Assembly (NCBI GenBank): GCA_035460505.1
Contig: DATHWP010000091.1
Coordinates: 14,554 to 78,553 of the forward strand
DNA length: 64,000 nt
Direction of reading: 5' to 3'
From: Methyloradius sp.
GTDB taxonomy: Bacteria > Pseudomonadota > Gammaproteobacteria > Burkholderiales > Methylophilaceae
Shown here in pieces: positions 40,010 to 49,016 of the stretch. Position numbers and translations under genes: made by a program. Position 1 is the first letter of the stretch, and each line of letters starts with the position of its first letter. Under the pieces are notes generated by a model. That model worked only from the letters and a program-made list of their open reading frames with translations, did not search any database and was not told the origin of the DNA.

Positions 40010-40510
40010 TCAGTCTTTAATCTTGCCGATGCTATCAATTTCTTCCTTGATTTTCATGTTATCCAACTTCTCAATAGGTAGCGCCGCAAAGAGCTTGATG
40101 CGATTTTCAAGATAGCCCGCAATCTTGCGGAATGCCGCTAATTTCTCCTCATCCGTACCTTCTACAGCCGCTGGGTCTTCAACGCCCCAATGTGCTGTCA
40201 TCGGTTGTCCAGGCCAGTATGGACAAACTTCACCAGCGGCGTTATCGCATACGGTAAATACAAAATCGAGAAAAGGTGCACCTTCAACCGTAAACTCATC
40301 CCAGCTTTTGCTGCGTAGGCCATTGGTAGATAAGCCTCTGGCTTCAAGCAATTTAAGTGCAAATGGATTGACTGTCCCATTTGGGTGGCTACCAGCGCTG
40401 TAGGTTTTGAATTTGCCTTTACCCCAGTGTTCCATGAGTTTTTCAGCCAGAATACTGCGCGCAGAGTTGCCTGTGCAGAGAAAAAGTACGTTATAGATTT
40501 TTTGATCCAT
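40010..40510 (-). CDS. arsC: Arsenate reductase, LMW-PTP fold
   Basis: LFLCTGNSARS, SAGS, TVCDNA, CP, HWGVEDPA; next to arsR and acr3. Confidence 0.88.
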   Translation of the reverse strand: MDQKIYNVLFLCTGNSARSILAEKLMEHWGKGKFKTYSAGSHPNGTVNPFALKLLEARGLSTNGLRSKSWDEFTVEGAPFLDFVFTVCDNAAGEVCPYWPGQPMTAHWGVEDPAAVEGTDEEKLAAFRKIAGYLENRIKLFAALPIEKLDNMKIKEEIDSIGKIKD

Positions 40511-40864
40511 TTATGCGGATTCCTTGGTTTGATTTGCTGCGGCAGGACAGCAGAGGTTTTGAGTGACGCAATCATCGCTTGGGTTTTGGCAGCAGTTCTC
40601 AGTCAGGTAAGCAATTAAGCCATTCATCATGCTGTAATTGGCTTTGTATAAGATGGTGGTGCCTTTACGCTCAGTAGATGCTAAATCTGCATGCCGTAAC
40701 TGCTGTAGATGAAATGACAGGGTGGCATTGGGTACCCCAAGTTTTTCACCAATAGCCCCAGCAGCCATGCCTGCCGCCCCTGCTTGTACTAGCAGGCGAA
40801 ATATATCCAAGCGTGTTTCTTGTGCAAGTGCATCGAGTGCAGCAACAGCAATTAACTTTTCCAA
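40511..40864 (-). CDS. arsR: ArsR family repressor with C-terminal Cys pairs
   Basis: ALAQETRLDIF, ATLSFHL, YLTENCC. Confidence 0.9.
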   Translation of the reverse strand: MEKLIAVAALDALAQETRLDIFRLLVQAGAAGMAAGAIGEKLGVPNATLSFHLQQLRHADLASTERKGTTILYKANYSMMNGLIAYLTENCCQNPSDDCVTQNLCCPAAANQTKESA

Positions 40865-40902
40865 TTCAGCTCCTTTTTGCCTGTATCAATCATTTGTCTT
40901 TC

Positions 40903-40928
40903 TATATTTCCATATTTATGGAAATATA
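40903..40928. promoter_or_regulatory. ArsR operator (12-2-12 inverted repeat) between divergent arsR and acr3
   Basis: TATATTTCCATA-TT-TATGGAAATATA perfect dyad. Confidence 0.8.
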
Positions 40929-40964
40929 TGCGCTTGTCAAATTAAATTTTGTTGAAGGTGGCTC

Positions 40965-42035
40965 ATGAGTGCGCAATGTGAAGTGATTGTAAAAGAGGCA
41001 AGTAATCAAAAAATTGGCTTTTTTGAGCGCTATCTCACGGTTTGGGTATTTGTTTGTATTGCAGTTGGTATTGGCTTAGGTCATTACATGCCAAGAACTT
41101 TTGTTGCCTTGGGGGAAATGAAAATCGCTGAGGTTAATCTGCCAGTAGCAGTTTTAATCTGGCTGATGATTATCCCCATGCTGCTTAAAATTGATTTTCA
41201 CGCGCTTTCAGGCGTAAAGCAGCATTGGAAGGGTATAGGGGTCACCTTGTTTATCAACTGGGCAGTCAAGCCTTTCTCAATGGCGTTCTTGGGTTGGCTA
41301 TTTATTCGTGTGGTATTTCATGATTGGTTGCCAGTCGAGCAGATTGATTCATACATTGCAGGTTTAATATTGTTGGCTGCCGCACCTTGCACTGCCATGG
41401 TATTCGTCTGGAGTAACTTGACTGACGGCGAGCCGCATTTCACCCTTAGCCAGGTGGCGCTCAATGATTTGATTATGGTATTTGCATTTGCGCCGATTGT
41501 CGCTTTGCTGCTCGGTTTGTCATCAATCACAGTGCCGTGGGGAACACTGCTTTTATCGGTACTGCTTTACATCGTAATCCCTGTTGTCATTAGCCAGCTT
41601 ATGCGTATGCTACTGATCTCTCAAGGCAGTGAGGTTACCCTTAATGGCCTGCTTAAAGTACTGCAACCGTTGTCACTGAGTGCATTGCTAGCTACTTTGG
41701 TTTTACTTTTTGGCTTTCAAGGGAGACAAATTATTAATCAGTCTGCAGTCATTGCAATGCTAGCCGTGCCGATTTTGATACAGGTTTATTTCAACTCTGG
41801 CCTGGCTTATTGGCTAAATCGAAAGTTTGGCGTGGCGCATTGTGTCGCAGGCCCATCCGCATTGATAGGTGCCAGTAATTTCTTTGAGCTGGCCGTGGCC
41901 GCGGCTGTTAGTCTGTTTGGTCTGAATTCAGGTGCAGCTTTAGCAACGGTGGTGGGAGTTTTGATTGAGGTGCCAGTCATGCTATCGGTCGTTAAAATAG
42001 TCAACCAATCCAAAGGATGGTATGAAAAGGCATGA
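40965..42035 (+). CDS. acr3: ACR3 family arsenite efflux transporter
   Basis: FERYL, NWAVKPF, APCTAMV, GASNFFELAVA, VGVLIEVPVML. Confidence 0.95.
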   Translation: MSAQCEVIVKEASNQKIGFFERYLTVWVFVCIAVGIGLGHYMPRTFVALGEMKIAEVNLPVAVLIWLMIIPMLLKIDFHALSGVKQHWKGIGVTLFINWAVKPFSMAFLGWLFIRVVFHDWLPVEQIDSYIAGLILLAAAPCTAMVFVWSNLTDGEPHFTLSQVALNDLIMVFAFAPIVALLLGLSSITVPWGTLLLSVLLYIVIPVVISQLMRMLLISQGSEVTLNGLLKVLQPLSLSALLATLVLLFGFQGRQIINQSAVIAMLAVPILIQVYFNSGLAYWLNRKFGVAHCVAGPSALIGASNFFELAVAAAVSLFGLNSGAALATVVGVLIEVPVMLSVVKIVNQSKGWYEKA

Positions 42036-42067
42036 TGGAGTTGAGGCGGTAACTGAATATAAAATAA

Positions 42068-42099
42068 AAAAGGCCATCACAAATCTGTGATGGCCTTTT
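42068..42099. terminator. Bidirectional intrinsic terminator
   Basis: AAAAGGCCATCACA-AATC-TGTGATGGCCTTTT. Confidence 0.88.
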
Positions 42100-42111
42100 A
42101 TGCGGCTAAGT

Positions 42112-42474
42112 CTAAGTTTTAGCTTTTGCTGTTTTTGGCTTGGCCTTTGTGGCTGATACCACTTCAACTTTTACTTCTGCAGTTTTCTTCGCGGCAGGAG
42201 GGTTAACGGCGGCAGGTTTCTCATCTGCCTTTTTGCTCTTGGCTTTTTTACCAGAAGCACTATCTTTTTCTTTGATGGCATGCATTTTTTTGCGCCATTC
42301 TTGCAAATGTTCATCTTCAATCTCTAGCTGTATGGCTAAGGCAAAATCAACACTTACTTTGTCTTTCTCAAGCCTGCGTGGCAATTTCCCACCCATTCTT
42401 GATAACAGACGCTCTTTTTCTTCTTCAGATAGACTTTTTATCTTCTCTAAATATTCTGGATTGCTTAGTTTCAT
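42112..42474 (-). CDS. Hypothetical protein with Lys/Ala/Pro-rich (histone H1-like) tail
   Basis: Helical N-domain (ERLLSRM, ALAIQLEIEDEHLQEWR) followed by KKAKSKK...KAKPKTAKAKT; ATG 42474 chosen. Confidence 0.65.
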   Translation of the reverse strand: MKLSNPEYLEKIKSLSEEEKERLLSRMGGKLPRRLEKDKVSVDFALAIQLEIEDEHLQEWRKKMHAIKEKDSASGKKAKSKKADEKPAAVNPPAAKKTAEVKVEVVSATKAKPKTAKAKT

Positions 42475-42616
42475 TCTCAAACCCCGAAACACAATGTTGT
42501 GAACACGTGAGTTTATAGGAATATGATTTTCTTATGCATGACCTTTTTGTGACAAAAAGAATTTTCGTGATTACTTCGGTAGATTTGAGTCATGTAAAGC
42601 TCACGATTGATTAGGT

Positions 42617-43156
42617 TTATTCCTTGATAACCGCATTGCCGTGCTTGGTAAACTTTAGCTGCTTAAGATCGTAACCCTGACTCTTTGCAACTGCCATGGC
42701 ACGTTCTAATTCAGTTTTATTCAAATCTAGTGTTTTTGAAAGTATCCACAGATATTTGCGGTTGGGGTTAGCCACCACCGCCCATTGATAATCTTCATCT
42801 AAGCCGATGACCCAATAGTCTGCGCGAAAAGGCCAGAAGAAAGATACCTTGAGTTGCGATGTGCTAGTTGGACTAGCTTGCCAAGCTTTGCCTTTGGCTT
42901 GGTCAAATCCATCTTTGGTTCGGCAGCGATTCGTGACGTCAATTTCACCCTTAGTATCTAGCGAATATTCTGCCGTGGTATCTCCAATACAATTTCGCTG
43001 GAAAAACATCGGGAATGCAGCGATCTCATACCACTTGCCTACGTAGCGTTTAATATCAAGCGTGCTTACGCTGGTGACATCTGGCTGATCTGCCCGCGCT
43101 AAACAGCAGCACAAAAGAATGGCAAAAAAACTGAGCAGAGCTGGAATGCGTTTCAT
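42617..43156 (-). CDS. blc: Lipocalin (Blc-like)
   Basis: RYVGKWYEIA, LKVSFFWPF, DYWV, YLWILSK; ATG 43156 gives a signal peptide. Confidence 0.88.
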   Translation of the reverse strand: MKRIPALLSFFAILLCCCLARADQPDVTSVSTLDIKRYVGKWYEIAAFPMFFQRNCIGDTTAEYSLDTKGEIDVTNRCRTKDGFDQAKGKAWQASPTSTSQLKVSFFWPFRADYWVIGLDEDYQWAVVANPNRKYLWILSKTLDLNKTELERAMAVAKSQGYDLKQLKFTKHGNAVIKE

Positions 43157-43216
43157 ACGAAATGGATGCCTGATCAAGCTGGTTGATTTTTTAATTGCTA
43201 AGGGATCGCCCAAATA

Positions 43217-43242
43217 AAAATGGCCCAATTAAGGGCCATTTT
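43217..43242 (-). terminator. Intrinsic terminator after the cold-shock gene
   Basis: AAAATGGCCC-AATTAA-GGGCCATTTT. Confidence 0.75.
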
Positions 43243-43288
43243 ATGGGATTCTGTTAGTTGCTAAGCTACAGCAATATCAGATAAGCAA

Positions 43289-43492
43289 TTAAGCCTTCTG
43301 GATATTAGAAGCTTGTTTACCTTTAGCACCCTCTGTCACGTCAAAAGTAACGCGTTCATTTTCTTTCAAACTCTTGTAACCGCTATCAACGATTGCAGAG
43401 AAATGTGCGAATAAATCGTCACCACCACCATCAGGAGTAATGAAACCAAAACCTTTAGAATCATTAAACCATTTAACTATACCTGTTGCCAT
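43289..43492 (-). CDS. Cold-shock protein (CspA family)
   Basis: [18 protein letters not shown]1 and [11 protein letters not shown]2. Confidence 0.97.
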   Translation of the reverse strand: MATGIVKWFNDSKGFGFITPDGGGDDLFAHFSAIVDSGYKSLKENERVTFDVTEGAKGKQASNIQKA

Positions 43493-43829
43493 TATATTAC
43501 TTTCATACTTTTAAAAGGGAGGCACCCTGAAAGTCTGCTTACCAAATTCATAAGCCCATAGACTTAAAAACTGAAATAACCAAACGCCTTATTGGCTTTG
43601 TACGTACAAATTAAGACAAAGTCAAGCAATATTATGATGATTGCTTAATTAATCTTGCGCGCCTATACTGCGCGGACGTCTAAATTGCATTGGTCTAGTT
43701 CAAATAATGCAAAGCATGTACTACTAGTCTCATGTATTCCGCACTGAATTCCCTCTGATTTACTACACCTCAAAACTCTATGAGATTGTTGCTTCATCAT
43801 GGTAACAAAAACTTATTGGAGAAATATTC

Positions 43830-44087
43830 TTGGCAAAAGAAGAGCTTATAGAAATGAATGGTGTAGTGATGGAAGTGCTGCCTGATTCGCGCTTCCGAGT
43901 GACCTTGGATAACGGCCACAATCTGGTTGCCTACACGGGCGGAAAAATGCGTAAAAACCATATCCGAATTTTAGCGGGTGATAAGGTTACTTTAGAGTTG
44001 TCACCTTATGACATCAATAATGGCCGTATTACTTTCAGGCACATTGAAGCAAAAGCCGCGTTTACTCCGAGACGTCGAACTTATTGA
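43830..44087 (+). CDS. infA: Translation initiation factor IF-1 with C-terminal extension
   Basis: [36 protein letters not shown]; TTG start with GGAG Shine-Dalgarno. Confidence 0.93.
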   Translation: MAKEELIEMNGVVMEVLPDSRFRVTLDNGHNLVAYTGGKMRKNHIRILAGDKVTLELSPYDINNGRITFRHIEAKAAFTPRRRTY

Positions 44088-44127
44088 TTCTGAATACTTG
44101 TATTTAAATCAACGCTTTTAAATGACA

Positions 44128-44165
44128 AAAAAGGGCTCACTAAATATATTTAGTGAGCCCTTTTT
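44128..44165. terminator. Bidirectional terminator, perfect 38-bp palindrome
   Basis: AAAAAGGGCTCACTAAATATATTTAGTGAGCCCTTTTT equals its own reverse complement. Confidence 0.88.
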
Positions 44166-44196
44166 GATTTATAGCTAAATTATTTCTGCACTGATT

Positions 44197-44709
44197 TTAA
44201 TCTAGACCGATCTGGTAAACCTCTTCCTGATTTCCAACTACTTTACCTGTGACAGCATCTACTTCTACCTCCCACTCTTTGCCATCTTTAGTCTTGATGT
44301 CGAATTCGTAAGAAGGATCGCCATCAGCTTCTATCTTGAATTCACTTTCTACAACTTCACCAGCGTGTAATGCCAGTGCAATCTTTTTTGCCTCATCAAC
44401 AGTGATTTTTGCTTTGGCTTTAAATGCAGGGTCGCTGGCATCGACAACTTCAAGATTTACTTCTAGTATTTTGCCTGTTTTGGCATTTACTTCTACTTCC
44501 CATTCTTTGCCATCAGCACCTTTGATGTCGAACTCATAAATAGCCTTGCCATTATCCAGCTCGGCCTCAAGTGAGATTACGTCACCTGGGTATTTCGCCA
44601 AAGCAGCTTTCATGGCGGTTTCTAATTTCCCTGTGAATTTTTCAGCTGCAAATGCTGGGGTAATCACAAATAAAGCGGCAATAACTGCTGCGACTGATGT
44701 TTTATACAT
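44197..44709 (-). CDS. Secreted protein with two PepSY domains
   Basis: Signal peptide (AFA|A); two repeats of YEFDIK..DGKEWEVEV.A.TGK. Confidence 0.88.
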   Translation of the reverse strand: MYKTSVAAVIAALFVITPAFAAEKFTGKLETAMKAALAKYPGDVISLEAELDNGKAIYEFDIKGADGKEWEVEVNAKTGKILEVNLEVVDASDPAFKAKAKITVDEAKKIALALHAGEVVESEFKIEADGDPSYEFDIKTKDGKEWEVEVDAVTGKVVGNQEEVYQIGLD

Positions 44710-45080
44710 GGCAATATCCTATCTGGTGGTTTAAAAATTGGCGGGCATTGTGTAAAAAGCCCAATGAAACCATTCTAGGTTTTGCGGCGTAAATTGTAAA
44801 TAAAGTATTGATTATTATAGATAATTACTTTTAATTTTGGCTGCATGTAACCAGTATTGGTTGACGGTAGCCAATGCTGTGTGAAAAATGCAACAGATAT
44901 CGGCGTTAGAAATAACTTATCGATATATCAAATACTCATGACCTGAATAGGTGAAGTGTCAAAAATGGTGCGCGTGCACCACAAGTAAGTGCGGAGAGGT
45001 GTTTTTTTATGATGAGGAATAGAAATGATTTTTGGATTTAATTTAATTATTTCATGGTATTAACGAATTTAATTGCTCAA

Positions 45081-45096
45081 TGGCATAGCTATTGCT
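45081..45096 (+). promoter_or_regulatory. Sigma54 promoter of the nasT / nitrate assimilation region
   Basis: TGGCATAGCTATTGCT near-consensus; NtrC-like half sites TGGTGCG and TGCACCA around 44966-44981. Confidence 0.85.
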
Positions 45097-45132
45097 TTTA
45101 AAATAACTGCGTAATGTTAACTTGAGTCAATT

Positions 45133-45708
45133 ATGCTCCGAGTTTTACTGGTAGATAACCATGCGGAGCGAGCAGCTCCACTCACGCAATTGTTATCAGA
45201 TGCAGGGTATAACGTGATTGGGCGATTGTCTGATACGGCAAACTTACATGATGCAGTGAGTGCGTTGCAGCCCGATGTAGTGATTATAGATACAGAGTCG
45301 CCCAGCAGAGATACGTTGGAACACTTGATTGTGATGAATTCGAATGCACCGCGGCCGATTGTGATGTTTACGCATGATGGTGATAGAGCCAAAATTCGAG
45401 AGGCCACAAAAGCAGGTGTAAGTGCTTATGTGGTCGGTGGTTTAGCTGGTGATCGGTTACGGCCGATTATGGATGCAGCGATAGCAAGATTTGAAGAATT
45501 TAAAAGTTTGCGTCTTGAATTAAATGAGGCAAACAGCAAGCTGAGTGAGCGCAAGGTGGTAGAAAAAGCCAAAGGCTTACTCATGAAACAGCGTGGCATT
45601 AGCGAAGATGAAGCTTATGGCATGTTGCGAAATATGGCGATGAAACAGAACATACGCTTGGCAACGTTAGCCGAGCAAGTGGTACAAGCAGCAAAGTTGC
45701 TGTTTTAA
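45133..45708 (+). CDS. nasT: REC-ANTAR transcription antiterminator NasT
   Basis: IDTESPSRDTLE, RPIVMF, AGVSAYVV, ERKVVEKAKGLLM...EDEAY. Confidence 0.9.
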   Translation: MLRVLLVDNHAERAAPLTQLLSDAGYNVIGRLSDTANLHDAVSALQPDVVIIDTESPSRDTLEHLIVMNSNAPRPIVMFTHDGDRAKIREATKAGVSAYVVGGLAGDRLRPIMDAAIARFEEFKSLRLELNEANSKLSERKVVEKAKGLLMKQRGISEDEAYGMLRNMAMKQNIRLATLAEQVVQAAKLLF

Positions 45709-45730
45709 GAATTAGAAATTTGGATTAAAT

Positions 45731-45881
45731 GGTTACATCTACCCAACGGCGGGAGATGAAGTAACCAAAAGTTTAGTAATAAATAACTAGTAGTACACAA
45801 GCAATAACGAGCCAGTGCTGGCTCACCGGACAAAGGCGTCCTTGCTGCGAAATTTATTTCGTAAGCAGGACGCCTTTTTTT
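45731..45881 (+). promoter_or_regulatory. ANTAR-binding RNA leader with overlapping intrinsic terminator
   Basis: Hexaloop hairpins CCC-AACGGC-GGG, GAGCC-AGTGCT-GGCTC and GGAC-AAAGGC-GTCC (all A1/G4); the last overlaps terminator AGGCGTCCTTGCT...AGCAGGACGCCT plus T-run. Confidence 0.85.
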
Positions 45882-45911
45882 ATTTTGTGTTTTGAGACTT
45901 AGGAGTAATAC

Positions 45912-47213
45912 ATGAGTGCCAATGAAAAAGATGTAGCGCAAAAAAGCCTTGTTACCGAAAAAGTGGTCACACCTGATAACAGCCGCCGCAATTTTTTCCG
46001 CGCAAGTGCTGGCGCATTGGGCGCGTCTGTTTTGATGGGTATGGTGCCTGAACAGGTCCGCAATAATGCCTGGGCCGCGGGGACTGATGCCCCTGAAATC
46101 AAAGAAGTAAAGATTGGCTTTATCCCACTGACTGACTGTGCGCCAATTGTTGTCGCTGCCGAAATGGGCTTCGACCAGAAATACGGCATCAAGATTGTGC
46201 CTTCAAAAGAAGCCTCGTGGGCTGGTGTACGTGACAAAGTAGTCAACGGTGAATTGCACGCAGCGCACGTTTTATATGGGTTGGTGTACGGCGTACAAAT
46301 GGGCATTGGTGGCATGCAAAAAGACATGGCAGTGCTCATGAGCCTGAATAATAACGGCCAGGGCATTACGCTAGCCAATCAGATCAAAGACAAGGGCGTG
46401 GTCGATGGCCCAACGCTTAAACGTCTGCTGGATAACGAGAACCGCGACTTTACTTTTGCGCAGACTTTCCCTACTGGCACACACGCAATGTGGCTTTATT
46501 ACTGGCTGGCCGCGAATGGCATTAACGCCATTAAAGACGTAAAAACCATCGTAGTGCCACCACCACAGATGGTTGCCAATATGCGCATCGGCAATATGGA
46601 TGGTTATTGCGTGGGCGAACCATGGGGTGCGCGTGCGATTTACGACAAAGTGGGCTTCACTGTCGCAACTTCACAAGATATTTGGATCGATCACCCAGAA
46701 AAAGTATTGGGTACAACAGCAGAGTTCGTTGCAAAAAATCCGAATACTACCCGTGCAATGATGCTGGCCGTACTTGAAGCTTGTCGTTACATCGAAGCGA
46801 CTGCCAACCGCCCTAGCGTTGCCAAGTTGATTGCAGGTAAATCCTACGTTAATGCGCCTGAAGAAGTCATTGAAGGCCGCTTCCTTGGCCATTATGACAA
46901 TGGCAACGGTAAAAAATGGGAAGACCCTAACTTCATGAAGTTCTTCAATGATGGCAAGGTGAATTTCCCTTACCTGTCAGATGGTATGTGGTTCCTGACC
47001 CAACACAAACGCTGGGGTCTGTTGAAAGATGATCCAGATTATCTGGCGATTGCTAAAAAAGTAAACCAGATCGACCTTTACACCCAAGTTGCTAGCCAAC
47101 TTGGTATCAGCGTGCCCAAAGACCCAATGCGTAGCAGTAAGCTGATGGATGGCGTGGTCTGGGACGGCAAGAATCCAAAAGCTTACGCGGCTGGATTCAA
47201 GATCAAAGCCTAA
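45912..47213 (+). CDS. nrtA: Nitrate/nitrite ABC transporter substrate-binding protein (NrtA/NasF), Tat-exported
   Basis: SRRNFF Tat motif, IGFIPLTDCAP, TFPTGTH, PPPQMV, CVGEPW, HPEK. Confidence 0.9.
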   Translation: MSANEKDVAQKSLVTEKVVTPDNSRRNFFRASAGALGASVLMGMVPEQVRNNAWAAGTDAPEIKEVKIGFIPLTDCAPIVVAAEMGFDQKYGIKIVPSKEASWAGVRDKVVNGELHAAHVLYGLVYGVQMGIGGMQKDMAVLMSLNNNGQGITLANQIKDKGVVDGPTLKRLLDNENRDFTFAQTFPTGTHAMWLYYWLAANGINAIKDVKTIVVPPPQMVANMRIGNMDGYCVGEPWGARAIYDKVGFTVATSQDIWIDHPEKVLGTTAEFVAKNPNTTRAMMLAVLEACRYIEATANRPSVAKLIAGKSYVNAPEEVIEGRFLGHYDNGNGKKWEDPNFMKFFNDGKVNFPYLSDGMWFLTQHKRWGLLKDDPDYLAIAKKVNQIDLYTQVASQLGISVPKDPMRSSKLMDGVVWDGKNPKAYAAGFKIKA

Positions 47214-47239
47214 GCTTCAAATTACAAGGAAATTAAACG

Positions 47240-48157
47240 ATGACTACTATTTTACTCAATCAAGAAAGTGTGGCAACGCTGATGCAAGCGGACGATACAA
47301 AGCCCGAATCTGTGGTGCCTACCTCACCTAAAACTGAGATCAAGAGCCCAGTACCAACAACGCCTAAAAAACCAGGCCTGCTAGCAGTAAAAAGCCGGGA
47401 GTTTTTTCAGTGGATTATTCCACCTATGTTTGGTATCGGGCTGTTACTGGTTGTTTGGACGGTGATTGCGCATCAGTCGCCCAATCTACCTGGTCCAGTG
47501 TCTACATGGCACTCAGCTGTTCAATTGTTCAGCCATCCATTTTATGACAATGGTCCCAATGACAAAGGCATAGGCTGGAATATCGTGGCTTCACTGGAGC
47601 GCGTTGGCCTGGGTTTTGGCTTGGCAGCATTAGTGGGAATACCAATGGGTTTTATTCTTGGCCGCTTTGAATTCATGTCTCGCATGGCAGCGCCGATTAT
47701 TGGCCTGCTACGTCCAGTCTCACCTTTAGCGTGGTTGCCGATTGGCCTGCTGGTATTCAAAATGGCTAACCCTGCAGCAATCTGGGTAATTTTCATCTCT
47801 GCCATCTGGCCGATGATCATCAATACCGCAGTCGGTGTGAGCAAAGTGCCGCAAGACTATATGAACGTGGCCAAGGTACTCAATCTCTCAGAATGGAAGA
47901 TTGTGACCAAGATTCTGTTCCCCTTCGTATTACCTTACATGATGACTGGTGTACGTCTTTCCATCGGTGTGGCATGGCTGGTGATCGTGGCTGCCGAAAT
48001 GCTCACAGGCGGCGTGGGCATTGGCTTCTGGGTATGGGATGAATGGAACAACTTGAATGTTGAGCACATCATCATCGCCATTTTTGTAGTGGGTATCGTC
48101 GGCTTCATGCTTGAGTTCCTGCTGCTATCAATCGCTAAACGCTTTAGTTACGAATAA
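47240..48157 (+). CDS. nrtB: Nitrate ABC transporter permease
   Basis: PFYDNGPNDKGIG, LRPVSPLAWLP, WLVIVAAEM, WDEWN. Confidence 0.92.
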   Translation: MTTILLNQESVATLMQADDTKPESVVPTSPKTEIKSPVPTTPKKPGLLAVKSREFFQWIIPPMFGIGLLLVVWTVIAHQSPNLPGPVSTWHSAVQLFSHPFYDNGPNDKGIGWNIVASLERVGLGFGLAALVGIPMGFILGRFEFMSRMAAPIIGLLRPVSPLAWLPIGLLVFKMANPAAIWVIFISAIWPMIINTAVGVSKVPQDYMNVAKVLNLSEWKIVTKILFPFVLPYMMTGVRLSIGVAWLVIVAAEMLTGGVGIGFWVWDEWNNLNVEHIIIAIFVVGIVGFMLEFLLLSIAKRFSYE

Positions 48158-48167
48158 GGGGCACACC

Positions 48168-49016
48168 GTGGAAAACATGACACAAGACACAATCCAAAAC
48201 GCTACTACAACTGTAAAACCAGTGGCTGAAAGATATGTCCAGCTTGAAAATGTCAACATGACTTTCGTCACTAAAAAAGGCACGTTTGAAGCGCTGCGCA
48301 ATGTCGATTTCAGCATTCAGGAAGGCGAATTCATCTCGATTATTGGCCATTCTGGTTGTGGTAAATCTACCGTGCTGAACCTGATTGCAGGCTTACTCAA
48401 CCCAACCGATGGCAATATTTTCTGTGCAGGTCGTGAGGTTGCAGGCCCAGGCCCAGAGCGCGCTGTGGTGTTTCAGAACCACTCTTTGCTGCCATGGTTA
48501 AGCTGCTTTGAGAATGTCTATCTTGCCGTTGAGCGTGTATTTGGCGCGACTGAGAAGAAAGAGGCTTTGACCGCAAGAACCAAAGCCGTACTTGAGTTGG
48601 TCGGTTTAACGCACGCCATGGACAAACGCCCTAATGAAATCTCAGGTGGCATGAAGCAGCGTGTGGGTATTGCCCGCGCCTTGGCGATGGAACCTAAAGT
48701 ACTGCTGCTGGATGAGCCATTTGGCGCGCTGGATGCCTTGACTCGCGCTCATCTGCAAGATGAGTTGATGGGCATTATGGCCAAATCTGGTTGTACCGCA
48801 GTAATGGTGACACACGATGTGGATGAGGCGGTTTTACTCTCAGATCGTATTGTGATGATGACCAATGGCCCAGCCGCCACAGTCGGTGAAATTCTCAGTG
48901 TTGATCTGGCGCGTCCAAGAAAACGTTTGGAGCTGGCTGAAGATCGCGATTACAACCATTTACGCAGTGAAGTGCTCAAGTTCCTCTATGAACGCCATGC
49001 AAAAAAGGCAGCATAA
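48168..49016 (+). CDS. Nitrate ABC transporter ATP-binding protein (NrtD/NasD)
   Basis: GHSGCGKST, ISGGMKQR, LLLDEPFGALD, VTHD; GTG 48168 after AAGGGG chosen as start. Confidence 0.92.
   Translation: MENMTQDTIQNATTTVKPVAERYVQLENVNMTFVTKKGTFEALRNVDFSIQEGEFISIIGHSGCGKSTVLNLIAGLLNPTDGNIFCAGREVAGPGPERAVVFQNHSLLPWLSCFENVYLAVERVFGATEKKEALTARTKAVLELVGLTHAMDKRPNEISGGMKQRVGIARALAMEPKVLLLDEPFGALDALTRAHLQDELMGIMAKSGCTAVMVTHDVDEAVLLSDRIVMMTNGPAATVGEILSVDLARPRKRLELAEDRDYNHLRSEVLKFLYERHAKKAA

Noticed and set aside
44852-44879. Hairpin CAGTATTGGTT-GACGGT-AGCCAATGCTG considered as part of a c-di-GMP riboswitch
   Set aside because: The GGCAAA, GNRA tetraloop and ACGCAAAG elements of the class I aptamer are missing.
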